A stretch of 64,000 nt of DNA from the NCBI GenBank assembly GCA_002189035.1, contig NEEC01000024.1, positions 558,001 to 622,000 on the forward strand. The letters run 5' to 3'. The notes below the pieces were generated by a model. That model searched no databases, was not told where the DNA came from, and saw only the letters and a list, made by a program, of their open reading frames with translations. Positions within the stretch are counted from its first letter, which is position 1. The number at the start of each line of letters is the position of its first letter. Both the position numbers and the translations under genes were made by a program. This stretch comes from Utricularia gibba. Its lineage: Eukaryota > Plantae > Magnoliophyta. Below are positions 63,608 to 64,000 of this stretch, piece by piece.

Positions 63608-64000
63608 TATTCAAACTTGGCCCTTTCAAGCCACAAACAGTTGAGAGGCACTTGATCATGCATGTTTGATTGAGGCAATCAAAGAAGAGCTCAAAATGAT
63701 TCGAAAACATCATACCTAGACCATGATTCATCCATCATTAGGAGCTAACATTATTTGTGTAAAGTGGGTATTCGAAACCAAGACTAAACATGATGGAACT
63801 CTTCGATGTTACAAGCCATGGCTGGTGGTGAAAGGTTATTCCCAAGAGTATAAAATAGACTATTATGATACCATTGTACTAGTAACTTGATTTGGCACCA
63901 TCAGACTCTTAATTGTCATCGTTGCAGAAGAGAATTATCAAATATATCAAATGGATGCCAAGCGAGCCTTCTTGAATGGAGAATCGCTAGAAAAAATTTA

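Larger units (their letters stand above)
57200..64000 (+). mobile_element. Old Copia element (host), fragmented by insertions and running off the window end (left boundary approximate)
   Basis: Gag remnant at about 57480-57830 is similar to 60600-60920. Integrase remnant at 59110-59700 reads ELVHAYVCSRMSVESLSGNR. The RT start resumes after 63608 ([30 protein letters not shown]). Confidence 0.7.

Overview
AT-rich plant nuclear DNA, probably from a eudicot (inferred from protein similarity), consisting of small gene islands in a dense nest of transposable elements. Three apparently intact host genes lie on the minus strand: a 14-exon SDN5-like DEDDh exonuclease (410-3402), an 8-exon exostosin/GT47 glycosyltransferase resembling Arabidopsis At1g21480 (18677-20801), and a large P-class PPR gene resembling At5g06400 (39816-43094). 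A decayed flavanone 3-hydroxylase (F3H/FNS I-like) pseudogene at about 50815-54450 is not evident from the ORF track; it is cut at its 5' end by an Athila LTR and split by a Copia element. Most of the rest is TE sequence: two Athila-type Ty3/Gypsy copies plus LTRs, a second Athila-like LTR family, a CRM-like Gypsy containing a complete hAT element that itself carries three solo LTRs, three Angela-type Copia LTRs, several degenerate Copia elements (one nested in a relative), a TRIM-like solo LTR, a PIF/Harbinger transposase pseudogene, and a modular foldback region with a hairpin of about 420 bp. I found no rRNA, tRNA or CRISPR, and no convincing novel biological system. The best leads are the F3H pseudogene, the foldback hairpin and possible extra 3' exons of the PPR gene. 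All homology calls come from recognising motifs by eye, not from database searches, and approximate boundaries are marked as such.
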